A stretch of DNA of 64,000 nucleotides from Adineta vaga (taxonomy: Eukaryota > Animalia > Rotifera), in the NCBI GenBank assembly GCA_021613535.1, contig CP075493.1, positions 7,564,001 to 7,628,000 on the forward strand. The letters run 5' to 3'. The translations under genes and the position numbers were made by a program. Of this stretch, positions 1 through 12,933 are shown piece by piece. The notes under the pieces were generated by a model. The model was not told where the DNA came from. It worked only from the letters and a program-made list of their open reading frames with translations, and made no database searches. Numbering within the stretch: the first letter of the stretch is position 1; each line of letters starts with the position of its first letter.

Positions 1-161
1 AAAACAATGTGGTACAGCTAGTAACCTTTTCGAATACAGGACAATCTATTAAAAGTTCGAAAACAAATCACCAGGTGTTGATACGGACACTCAGATATCT
101 GATTTATATAAGCATTACCTTCTCCTTAAAGAAATTATCTTCTCATCCATATTTTTAGAAT

Positions 162-1545
162 ATGTCTATAGTTATAATAGAATGGAATGTTTCATGCATT
201 TGGAATGGTACTTTAGCTGGTATTTTAATGAAAAGTAGTGAATCGAAACGCAATAAATCCAGTCTAACAACAAAAATTATTGGTATTCATGGATGGCTCG
301 ATAATCTTAACTCACTCCTACCTCTAGCCAAACAGCTTCTCCATCGACATCCAAGTCCGATCAACATTATTTCGAAATCAAATTATATATATGTTCTTTC
401 TCATCAATAGACTATGAAATCTACTTGTATGATCGAGCTGGTCATGGATTTTCCAGTCATCTACCGAAAGGCTTTGATTATTCTGCTATCCAGAATGCAC
501 AAGATCTTCGTACTGTAGTTCAAAGTAAGTTTATTTGTGTACTCGACAATAAAGAGTTGATAGTATAATAAATTGTAGGTCTTGGTTGGAATAAAGAAAA
601 GTTTTCAATCATTGGTCATAGCTACGGCGCTATACTTGGTATAATCGTAAGTAGCATGAACATCTGAATTGTGTTTGAGTTGACCGTTGTCTATTGTACA
701 CAGTATGCGGCAAGTTATCCAGAAGAAGTATCGTACGTTGTCGCAATTGACGCTTTATTGCGTGCATCAGTACCAGTCAACTCATATTGGAAGACAATGG
801 CTTCGAATATTGATAAAGATTTGAAATTTTTTGTTGATTTAACAAAGTCATATCCGGAAGAATTAACATTTGACAACGCAGTTGAATCGTTAGTACACAG
901 AGAAAAATATAGTAATGACCATTGCTTCCATTTATTTTAGGATACAAAGCAGTAGACCTGGAATTACAAATGAAGCTGCTCGATTATTAACAGAACGATC
1001 TGTTCGTCGTAATGCTAGTGAGGATTTTATTCTTCTTCTTTCCCCAGAGAAGTATTTTCATTTTTGCAGATAATCAATTCTGTTTTACGCGTGATGAAGC
1101 ATTAAAAAGGGTTAGTTGTTCATAAACCATCAATAATAATATTTGTGATGTATTTAAAGTTGCCAACGTTTCCTTACACCGAGGATATCTTTCAAAATGC
1201 GATGGAATCTATGAAAGCATTTATTCTTTTTATTGGGTATGCGTTTTGATAACAAAAATGTATTAAAAATATTCGATTCCATCTTTGCAGTGCTATTAAA
1301 CCACAATGGCATAATGCATCATCAGCAGTTCCTTTATACAAACAATATTATCCACATGTATGTACTGCATACTGATCCGATTTTGAATTTTCAATCTGAT
1401 TGTTTAGTTCGAAATCACATACATAGATGGTCCACATCATTTTCATATGACACAAGTAAATGAAGTTGTTGAACGAATTGAACAATATTTCAATAAATAT
1501 CTTCATCATTCATCGATATCAACTATAGAAAATAGTAAATTATGA
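162..1545 (+). CDS. Serine hydrolase-like (SERHL/kraken-type) alpha/beta hydrolase, paralog 1, multi-exon; ends ENSKL*
   Basis: Spliced translation gives HGWLDN, DRAGHGFSSH, the GHSYG nucleophile elbow and IDGPHHFHM. Short GT-AG introns (e.g. 355-410, 525-578). Stop TGA 1543-1545. Confidence 0.9.
266..663 (+). repeat. ~398 bp near-identical duplicated tract; second copy at 3341-3738
   Basis: By direct comparison the copies are identical, including two complete introns, except A634 vs G3709. Confidence 0.9.
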
Positions 1546-1682
1546 TTGTTTTCTGATTGAATGAATTGTTTTGACCAAATTTTTTTCCTGTTCTATTGAT
1601 TGAGTTTTTGACGGCATAATCTAGAAATATCTCGATCGTTGCTCAACATCTTTTTACATAATATTTCTAGATAAAATTGTTG

Positions 1683-3057
1683 ATGATAACAAAGATTAGT
1701 ATTCCATGTGTTTGGGGTGGTCATTTAGCTGGAATTTTGTTAAAAAGCCATACAGCCACAACATTCTCACAAAGTACGACAAAGATTGTTGGTATACATG
1801 GATGGCTTGATAATATCAACTCGTTACTTCCATTAGCAAAAAAGTTATTACATCATCAACCAAGTGAAACTTTCCAGCTAGATATGACAGTAAACATCAG
1901 TTGAACGATTTGATTCTAGATTATGAAATTTGTTTATATGATCGAGTTGGTCATGGATTTTCCGATCATCTACCAAGAGGAACTGATTATTCCTTTGCTT
2001 CTAATCTCTTAGATCTTCGTACTGTTATAAAAAGTTTGTTTTATTTCAATTGATTAATTCTTATACAAATCTTCCGTTTGTTACAGCTCTTGGTTGGAAT
2101 AATGACAAATACTCTTTTATTGGTCATAGCTATGGAGGAACTATGGCTTTAATTGTAAAGTTCAATTCTTTTAAAACTTCTTATTAGTCAATATTCTTTG
2201 TACTATAGTATGCAGCAGCCTATCCAAAAGAAGTATCATGCCTGGCAATTCTTGATCCATTTGCAGGAGTTGATTATTCATTGAAAACTACATGGGCAAC
2301 TGTTGCTAATCGTATCGAGGGTAATCTTAAGTATTTTAATCAATCATCTAAGGCATACAAATATGATTTAACGTACGAAAAAGCAACTGAATCGTTAGTA
2401 ATATAAATAGAATAGAAATATTTCATCTGCGAGTTTGTTTGTTTATTTATAGTATGAAAAGTTCTAGAAATGGTATTGATGATGACGCAGCCAAGATGCT
2501 AGTTGAACGATCAGTACGACGAAATATAGGTTAACAACAATATAAACATTGAATATGTGACTTAATCGAAAAGTAAACTATATATTTCAGATCAAAAACT
2601 TCATTTCACACGTGATGCCGGATTAAAGAATGTTAGTTAGGATAATTGATCATTGGAAAAATTCAACTTTCCTTTCTTTTCATTGTTAAGTTACAAATAA
2701 TGTCTATTAGTCAAGATATAGTGCTCAAAGCAATTGAACACATTCAAGCATCAATTCTCTTCGTTGGGTATATTGAACTGACTTGTTTCAATTTATACAT
2801 GTTTTTCTTCTACTTGTTTCTCTAGAGCAACGAAACCTCAATGGTCTACAACTAACAGTCTAATACCTTTGCTCCGCCAGCATAATTTAAATGTGAATAC
2901 ACAATATCTTTTGATTATTATTTATCATTAAAATTGTCGCCTTTTTGTTATAGTTTGAAATGACTCTGATCGATGGATCTCATCATTTTCATATGACACA
3001 AGTTAATGATGTATCAAAACGGATTGAACAATATTTTCATAAACATTTGAAAGAATA
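1683..3057 (+). CDS. SERHL-like alpha/beta hydrolase, paralog 2; ends HKHLKE*
   Basis: Same exon structure and motifs (HGWLDN, DRVGHGFS, GHSYG, IDGSHHFHM). Stop TAA 3055-3057. Confidence 0.88.
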
Positions 3058-3242
3058 ACTGTTTTTTAGTTTTATATTTCTAAAGAAATACTATGTGTTA
3101 GAAATGCGAAGAGCGAAAGCTTACGTAAAACTATAGTAAACGATTTGACTGCATAACAAACACTGATAGAATAGTTCTGTTTTTATTCTGTACTCAGCAA
3201 TTGAATGCAATGAATAAAGTTTTATATTTTTAGAAAATAATA

Positions 3243-4704
3243 ATGAATATAACGAAATGTGATGTTCAATGTATATGGGGTGGGACTTTGACTGGTGTAA
3301 TACTCAAAAGTAATACCGTAGAGAATGATAAATCAGGCCCAACAACAAAAATTATTGGTATTCATGGATGGCTCGATAATCTTAACTCACTCCTACCTCT
3401 AGCCAAACAGCTTCTCCATCGACATCCAAGTCCGATCAACATTATTTCGAAATCAAATTATATATATGTTCTTTCTCATCAATAGACTATGAAATCTACT
3501 TGTATGATCGAGCTGGTCATGGATTTTCCAGTCATCTACCGAAAGGCTTTGATTATTCTGCTATCCAGAATGCACAAGATCTTCGTACTGTAGTTCAAAG
3601 TAAGTTTATTTGTGTACTCGACAATAAAGAGTTGATAGTATAATAAATTGTAGGTCTTGGTTGGAATAAAGAAAAGTTTTCAATCATTGGTCATAGCTAC
3701 GGCGCTATGCTTGGTATAATCGTAAGTAGCATGAACATTTGCATCGAGCTTGCATTGACTTGTGTCTATTGTATACAGTATGCGGCCAGTTATTCAGAAG
3801 AAGTATCGTGTCTTGTTGCGATCGATGCATTGCCTCGATCAGAAACATCATCAGAAAATCTTTTTGAAATTTATGGCGCTCGAATTGACAAAAGTTTGGA
3901 ATTTCACAAAAGACCAATAAGAATCTTCAATACAGATTTAACTCTTGAAAAAGCACTTGAACTGTGAGTAAAGATGAATCGAAAAGATGACAATATTATC
4001 ATTCGCTAATTTAGAACAAAAGCAACTAGAGACGGTATCACAGATGAAGCTGCTCGATTATTAGTAGAACGATCTGTTCGTTCAGACGCAAGTGAGTATT
4101 TTTCCTTTCTTTCTTTCGATTGTCAAAGTATCGATTTTGTAGATAGCAAACTACATTTTACTCGAGATGAAGCATTGAAACTAGTGAGTATATTTCATTT
4201 CATTTTAAATCAAGAATAAAGCAACAATAGAAGAATGTTTTGTCTTTATGGCATACGAACTTCATTTAAAAAGATCTCTTGTGTTAAGTTAAAATATAAG
4301 TTCTTTGATTTTGTGTAGTTCTCACTGCAAGCATCTGCTGACGACTTAATCAAGAACATGATTCAAAATGTGAAAGCACCTCTTCTATTTATTGGGTATG
4401 TAATTTATCAAAAAAAGTACAATAAAAATATTCGAACCTATTCTAAAAGTGCTAGCAAACCTCAGTGGCCACGTCCGCAGAAATCAATTGATTTATTTAA
4501 ACAATACCATACACGAGTAAATATTACCTCGGTACATGTCTTCTAATAGAAGATGTTATCATTTAGTTTGATGTAACATTTATTGATGGACCACATCATT
4601 TACATATGACACATGTTCAAGAAGTTGTTGATTGTATCGAACAACATTTTAACAAATATCTTCATCATTTATCGACATTAACTATAGAAAATAGTAAATT
4701 ATAA
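3243..4704 (+). CDS. SERHL-like alpha/beta hydrolase, paralog 3; ends ENSKL*
   Basis: HGWLDN, GHSYG and IDGPHHLHM motifs. Stop TAA 4702-4704. Confidence 0.9.
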
Positions 4705-4871
4705 TTTCCTTTTTTGCGTTTAATTCTATTTTTCTTTTCTTTGTATTTGATTTGTTTTAAGACGAAATTTCTATTATATATAGTTTTACTTTGCAGATAT
4801 TTGATTTTATAGTATACTTTATCTTCATCGCTCTAATCAGAACTAAAGTTTTATTATTATATAAGAAATTG

Positions 4872-6271
4872 ATGGCTATAACAAAACTTGATATTTCATG
4901 TATATGGGGTGGTACTCTGGCTGGTATTTTACTTAGAAATGAAAGTGCTTTGACACGAAAAATTGGAGATACAATGACGAAAATTATTGGTATTCACGGA
5001 TGGCTTGATAATTTGAATTCATTGTTACCATTAGCAAAACAACTTGTCGATCGAAATCCAAGTGAGAAGAAATCTTTCATTAACGACAACAGCAATAATA
5101 ATCTGTATTCTTTTTAATTAGATTATGAAATCTATTTGTACGATCGAGCTGGTCATGGATTTTCTAGTCATATACCCAAAGGTTTTGATTATTCCCAGGC
5201 ACATAATTTACAAGATATTCGTACAATAATTCAAAGTAAGTTCATTGCTTTACTGATCGAAATCACTTCAGTTTCTTCTTATTTTGGTGTAGGTCTTGGT
5301 TGGCATAAAGAAAAATTTTCAATCATTAGTCATAGTTATGGAGCAATTTTAGGAATGACTGTAAAAATATTCTTCAATTTTAACTAAAACATTTTTCATC
5401 ATTTACATATTACTTTGCTAGTATGCTGCAAGTTATCCAGACGAAATATCATGTCTTGTAACGCTCGACGCAGTACCTCATATAGAGAACACAAGCCAAA
5501 ATTTCTTCGAAGTACAAGGTAGTCGAATCGATAAAAGTCTGGAATTTCATAAGAAACCAGCGAGAAATTTTGAACTGAATTTAACATTTGAAAAAGCAGT
5601 TGAATTGTAAGTTGATTTGAATCAAAAATGATAATATAGTATCATCATTCATTGATTTAGAACACGAGTAACAAGAGAAGGTATTACAGATGAAGCTGCT
5701 CGATTATTAACAGAACGATCTATTCGTCTAGATACAAGTACGTATCTTTCTTATCTTTCTTTCAATTATTAAAATACCTATATTCTGTAGAAAACAAAAT
5801 ACAATTCACTCGAGATGAAGCATTAAAAATAGTTAGTAAAAAATACATATATCTATTCTGTAAAAGAATACTAATTTTGTGTATAGCCGTCATTAATTCC
5901 GTTCACAGCTGAGATGAGTAAAAATGCAATTGAGCATATGAAAGCATCTATTCTTTTTATTGGGTATGTTCTTTTCGAGATGTATTGATTGAAGAATTTC
6001 CATCTATTTCAAGTGCTACAAATCCACAATGGCCAAGAGCTGGACAAACTCTTGATTATTTAAAAGAAAAAAATCCAAATGTAAGTAAATATCTCATCTG
6101 TAACGTAATTCTTCTTGTATTATTATTTTCTTATTATAGTTTGAAACGATGTTCATTGATGGGCCACATCATTTTCATATGACGCACGTTCAAGAAGTTA
6201 CAGAACGGATTGAACAATATTTTAACAAATATATACCACGATCTTCCACATCTATTCCAACTGACAGTTGA
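4872..6271 (+). CDS. SERHL-like alpha/beta hydrolase, paralog 4; ends SIPTDS*
   Basis: HGWLDN, SHSYG and IDGPHHFHM motifs. Stop TGA 6269-6271. Confidence 0.88.
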
Positions 6272-6696
6272 ATCTGACTATTTTCTCTCACATTTAACTT
6301 TTTATTCCGAAAAAAAAACTCATTATTCTTTTAAAATATAAGTGTGACATCTACAATAAAGTTCATTTGTTCTGTTCGAATAGAAAAATCTTATTTCCCA
6401 TATGTCCGCTTTCTCTCTCTCTCCTTCTCTCTCTCTTTCTCGATCAATCTATTGAACTTTTCTTTTCTTCTCACCTATAATCCATTGAATACCAATTGGA
6501 TATCTACCTGTATTTCGAATGCATATTCTTTCCCTATTACGTTACGAAGAGTCCTTCCTACTATCCATCTGTCATTCATCCTTGGAAATTTCTTGTTATC
6601 AATCATTGTCATCAGAAAGAAATACGTCCTTTTTTTAGTATCAACGTTATAATAATCATTTCATTTTATCTTTTTTTCTCACATAACGTTTCATCT

Positions 6697-9600
6697 ATGA
6701 CATCGTCGGATGATGAAGATCCTCATATTCAACTAGCAAAACTACGTTCCGCTAATAAACAAGCTGCTGAATATGGTTTAGCTTTACTCAATGAAAAAAG
6801 TCTCCTTGAAGTTCAACATGAAGAATTAGAAAATGAACATATTCAATTGAAAATTGACTTTGAACAAGTTAAAACACAATTGAAAACTTTTCAAGCAAAT
6901 CAACGTGAAGAAACATTGAAAGGTGAAACGAATGAAGAAAGTTTATTAAACGAAAAACAAACACGTGAAGATTATTTATTGAAAGAAATTACACGCTATG
7001 AACATGAATTACGTTTATTAAAACAAGATAATGAACGATTATGTATTGAAAATGAAAAAACACTTTCAAAATCTCAAGAATTAACAGAACAAATTCAAAT
7101 CTTAGATGATATGAAAGTGAAATTAAAGTACGATTTAAAAGAAAGTAAAGGACAAGAACAACGATTACTTGATGCCAATGTAGATTTAGAAGAAGATAAT
7201 GTTGCATTACAACAGCAAGTTCAACGATTACGTGATAATTTAATTGATTATGATGGATTAAAAGTTGAAAATAAACAATTACAAGAAAATGTAAATTTGA
7301 TTTCTTTCGAAAAATGAAGTTTTTTGTTTTAATCATTTGTGTTCTCTAGATTGATGATTTACATCGTATGATGAAAGAACTTGAATCTTTAAAATCTATT
7401 GCTGAATCTCAATTAATTGAAATACATAATAATCTACGAGATGAACGTGAACAAAAACATATTTATAAACAACAATTAGATTTTCGAATTCAACAAGTAT
7501 AAAACCTGATTTTGTTCTTCTTCTTATTCTTTTTTTTTCATTTAGGAATCTCTTCGTAATTTAGATTCACTTCGTTTAACATTAAATGGTACACATACTG
7601 ATAATGATTATTTAACAAATTGTATCGATGATGATATTGAAGATGATCATCTTCCATCAACAACTGATATCATGAGTAACGAACAACAAGAACAACAACC
7701 AGTTGGAAATCTATTTAGGTAAATCACATTCGAAGAAAATATTTCTATGTTAAAATTTCTTTCTAGTGAAATTCATGGCAATGAAATTCGTAAATTAGAA
7801 CTTGAATGTTTACAATTATCACAAATAAAATCTTCATTAGATAATGAATTATTAACAATCAATGAAAAAACAAATATACTTTCACATAAAGTTCAACATA
7901 TTATTGAACTGATCTATCCAAATAAGACTCTATCGAATTCACCTAATTCAGATAATACAACTAATCTTCTAGATAATTCATTAGATTCTATTGAACAAAT
8001 CGATGTGATTATAAATAAAAATTTTCATTTATTTAATGGTGATCAAGATTTATTGAAAAAGAAATTGGATGAACAAGATAATACAATCTTTAAATTAAAA
8101 CAAGATCTCAATGTTATGATGAAACAATGTAATGATACTCAAACTATGTTTGTTAAAACTAATGATAATTTAGTAAGATAAATTTTAGAGAAGTATCTTT
8201 CAAGAGAAATTGTTTGTTTATTTTTTCTTTTTAGATAAATTTAAGTGAAGAATTAGAAAATATTCATTCGTATATGTATACTTCAGTGGGTTTATTGGTT
8301 CCATCATTGGATAAACAAATGAAAAAAGGTCAAGTAACGCATTCAAATAATAAAATAATTGATCCAACAATGAATGAATCAGTTTTAAATACTCTTCAAG
8401 AACAAGTCAAACAAATGAAACAATCATTTGAGAAAATTTTAGATTCAATCAAACAAAAAGAACAATCAACAACTAATGAAATTATTATTAATAATGCTGA
8501 TCTTTCAACAGATACAAAAGATTTACAAGAACAAGTAAGTTTTAATATGTTAGAGTAATGAAATACCGACAGTATACTCGAAGAGTCATAACATGGGGAA
8601 TCAATGACATTGATATTCAAGGTAGAGATATAAATCGATTGGAAGATTTTGTAAATAGAAATAGAGAAAATTACCCTATGAAAGGTACCTAATATAACTG
8701 TAGCAGCCAAAATATCATCAATTCATATACATTCATAAAATTCTTTTTTGTCTTTCTCTCTCTCTCTCAAACTTTAGATTATCAAATTACGTTCATTATT
8801 AACAACAAAACGTGAACAAATCGGCACATTACGTACTGTTTTAAAGAATAATAAACAAACAGCGGAAGTTGCATTAGCTAATTTAAAATCGAAATATGAA
8901 AATGAAAAATTAATTGTTACTGAAACAATGACAAAATTACGTAATGAATTAAAATCATTGAAAGAAGATGCAGCTACATTTGCTTCATTACGTGCAATGT
9001 TTGCTGCACGTTGTGATGAGTATGTCACACAAATTGATGAATTACAGCGACAAGTATATGCTGCTGAGGAAGAAAAGAAAACACTAAATTCATTACTACG
9101 TATGGCGATCGAACAAAAGCTTGCATTAACACAAAAACTTGAGGATATGGAAATGGATAATGAACGATCAACGACACCAAAACGAACTACGAATACAAAT
9201 GCATTATCATTGACATCAACACTTCCACTTGGTTTATTAACAATGGCATCGAATAATAGTCAATTTGATAATCATAATATTATCAATAATAACCTATTAC
9301 CAGAGATACGACGCGGAAGATTTATACCACCACGTGTAAGTCTAATCTTGCATTTAATCGGCAAATGAAAAAAGTTAATGGAGAAATAGATTGACAAGCA
9401 TGCAATAAATCGATAGTGTTAAAAGATTTCTTATTCGAAATATCTGACATGTTGATATAAGAGTATAATTCGATTTGTCATTATTATGAATTTATTTAGA
9501 TGATGCAAGCGTTTGCAGCAAGTAAAAATCAGCAAATACAGAACAAACGATAGGGAGTTAGTCAGTATGAAATTCGTTCTGCTCATTCTTAATCGTGTTT

Positions 9601-9729
9601 GTCTAATTCTCTATTCTTCTCATTGCTGCATGAGCTATCTTTTCTGCTTTGAAAGAAAAAAAACAATCTATTTTTCTAACTAAACATCTTTCATTTCAGG
9701 TTCGTCAGGAAAAAAAAACATTCAAATAA
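6697..9729 (+). CDS. BicD: Bicaudal-D dynein adaptor (coiled coil), multi-exon, two candidate terminal exons
   Basis: N-terminal [10 protein letters not shown] motif. C-terminal [62 protein letters not shown] is the BicD cargo-binding signature. Confidence 0.95.
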
Positions 9730-11096
9730 GATCTGATCCATCAATAAATGCTTATTCTCATGTGTATATACAATTTAATTGATTCTTCTCCGTTTTTACA
9801 TTCCACTTTTATTTAAAGATCTGTTTTTGCTCCATATGTACATAAAACGTTTTTTTTTCTCAATTTGTTGCTACATTTTTTTTGTGTTTATATAAGCATT
9901 TTTGCATATATACATAAATATATTTTATTATCGATAAATTAATGTAATCATTTTCCATTCTTAATAATTAAGAGAATGAGATTAGATCGTGACACCTGTC
10001 GTCACACTTGAGAAAAAGATAACAAGAACGAAATGAAGTGGTCAACTTCTGAGCATCTTAATATAATCTAGGAAATGAAAAGTATAATACGAGAAAAAAA
10101 AATAAGAAGATTATTCGATGTGAATCGATGAAAATATCTGATCATTATTTGCACTTGTTCAGATAGAGCTCAGTCATCATATGAATTTACATTTCATAAG
10201 TTATGAACAGATGTAAACGATATTTTGCCAATTTTACGATTCAGTTCATTATGATCATTTCCTCTTTCTTCCGGTTGATCATTATTGTCGTTCGTTCTTT
10301 CCTTCGTCTATTGTGTCGATTGCCTCATAAGTGAATGAAGCCTTTTGGATACATACACTTCATCATCGATGTGTATTTCCTTTTCTCTTGAGCTTTATTC
10401 TATTAAATTATTTCAGGTAACATTCTATTGAATATGATTGCTTATGTAATTAATCGCATATTCAAATCGTCATAATCTTTCCTCTTCTCAGCAGGCTATT
10501 AAAGATAAAGATCAGCACACAATATGTATGGAAAATCACTCAAGCAAAATTGTAAAGCAAATGGTGCCCACTGAGTGAACAACTGTTATCAAGTTTAGAA
10601 AAGAAAATAGTTGGATAAATTCACTATCGGATATTCTTTGTTTTCATGACAGATGGCCACGTGTATGTACTTACTTTCATGTCGTTCTCACCTATTCTTT
10701 ACTGTTCATTTAACATAAAAAGATTGAAATCAACTTCCTCTTCTTTAGTTCACAAGGCGCTTTGTCGCGTGTCGCCATTCATTAATTGAACGAAAACAAG
10801 CGATTGATGAGAGAAAATCAGCCAGCTGTTGTTACTCGATCTCTCTCATTTTAATTGCTTTTTATAAACTAACGATCAATTGGAAAAGACATACCGGAAT
10901 ATCGCCTGAGGAGTCATCTCGCACTCTCTTTACTATGATCACTTTCATGGTAAGAAAAAAAAAGTAAAACATATGGCATCTTTTTTTTCGGCAGATGTTA
11001 GACAAAGAGAAGTCATATCGTGCTGAGCATTCATTAATATCATTTGTCAACTCACTTCTTTTTTTTCCTCCTCTACGCTTCTGTTCAGTGTGCGAA

Positions 11097-11125
<29 letters not shown>
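11097..11125. repeat. (AG)n microsatellite / GAGA tract upstream of the SPRY-SOCS gene
   Basis: Seen directly. Confidence 0.8.
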
Positions 11126-11128
<3 letters not shown>

Positions 11129-11188
11129 TCTACTGTATGCAGTCATATATATAGAGAGACACAAATATACAATTCCGAGTGGATAGAC

Positions 11189-12071
11189 ATGTGCAAAAAA
11201 GAAGAAAAAAACTGTCCAACGATAGTATTGGTTAGAAAAAAACGAAGAAAAAGAAAAAATTATAATCGTACTATAAATAGCAGAATCATCCAACGATCAG
11301 CACCATTATCTTGGTCGTCGACAAGTTTACAATGTCATTTCAATAGTCGACATATTACCAATCGAACTTGCCTTGAAAGTTCATGGGAATGGTCAACAAC
11401 ACCAACTTCGAAGACAATTTTATTGAATCATAATAAACAAATTTTATTTCATCCAAGAGTAAGTTCATCAACGGAAGTTATTCTTGTTGATCGTCCATTA
11501 CCATCTCATGGCAAACACTATTGGGAAATCTATATGCCAGCTGTGTATGGAACATCGATTATGTTTGGTATTGCAAGTAAATTAATCAAGAAATCAAGAG
11601 AATTCATATGAATTAACAAATATTTTTCTTTTATTTTTAGCAAAGCAACAAAAATTAATATCATCAGATTTTATTGATTTAATTGGAAGTGATCAATACG
11701 GTTGGGGTCTGTCACATCATGGATTCTTATGGCATAATGGAATATCTCGTTCATATCTAACAAAACCATTTGAACCACTTCAACCAGTTTTAGTTGGATT
11801 AGAATTCGATGCCGATGTTCGAACACTTTCCTATACTATCAACAATCAATTTATGGGTATTGCTTTTCATTCGATACCAAAAAATATGTCACTCTATCCA
11901 GCTGTGTCTTCAACAAGTGCACAAAGCACAATGATTCTTCAACATTGTTGTCAACTCTGTTCATCATTACGTGAAATTTGTTTGAAAATAGTTAAATCAA
12001 AAAGATTAATTGATATTCACAATTCTCACCTACTTCCTCGACATATCAATTCTTTTCTTTTCTGCTCATAA
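11189..12071 (+). CDS. SPRY domain and SOCS box protein (SPSB3-like), 2 exons (intron 11577-11640)
   Basis: SPRY motifs GKHYWEIYMPAVYGTSIMFG, LIGSDQYGWGLSHHGFLWHNG and LYPAVSSTSA. SOCS box SSLREIC...LLPRHINSFL. Confidence 0.88.
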
Positions 12072-12933
12072 CAGTGAGATTTTGTTTTCTCTTTTCTTTT
12101 TCTTCTGAAGGCCAAATTTCGAGAATGAATTATGTACAAAAAAATTCCATACTATTTATTCGTAGTTTACATTCCATGTTAATTTATTGTCTCTTTTTTT
12201 TGTTCTTCAAATACGAGTGCCATCTAGTCATATGAGATGTTCATGCACAACGTTCATTTCTGTACAAATTGTTATATTTTCGAAAGATAATAAATATTTG
12301 ATCACATTCAATAACAATATGAATAGATATTAATGAAAGGATTATATTCACTGACATTGTTGTAAAATTTGAATGAAAGAATCTAGATTAATTTATATAG
12401 CCAATAGGCAAAATAAGCAGAAATTCATGCTGATTTGATGAATCTACCACCATCCATAAGATCTGACAATGTTGTCATCCGATGAATTTTTATCCGCCCT
12501 TTTTCCCTCCGTTTAGAACAATGCATTTCGAAATGACACAAAAGTTTTTTCTTCTGAAAAACAAAATAAATCATTAGCAGAGTAGAGCAAAATAAATTTT
12601 AGGATTAAATTTCTTCTATATACCATTAAATAATTTCGCAAAAGATGCTAATACAGGTTTGTATTGAAAAAGTGCGTCGATAGAGAATAGCGAAAGTGAA
12701 AAATGATGTTTTCAAGTAGTTTGGGTGGATTGTTTAGTTTAGAGAGAAAAAATTCGGTTTGTTTTGCTTTGCATTCGTATTTAAATATCGCAAGAGCAAA
12801 AGGAAATTGTTTACTTGAAAATTCTCTCTAGTGAATCCGTTCGTAGGCGATTAAAAGAGAGAGCTTTTCTATTTTCTTATTATCGTACATCAACAAAGAT
12901 ACAACTACATTTCATTTTCAATCAATCTTCGTG

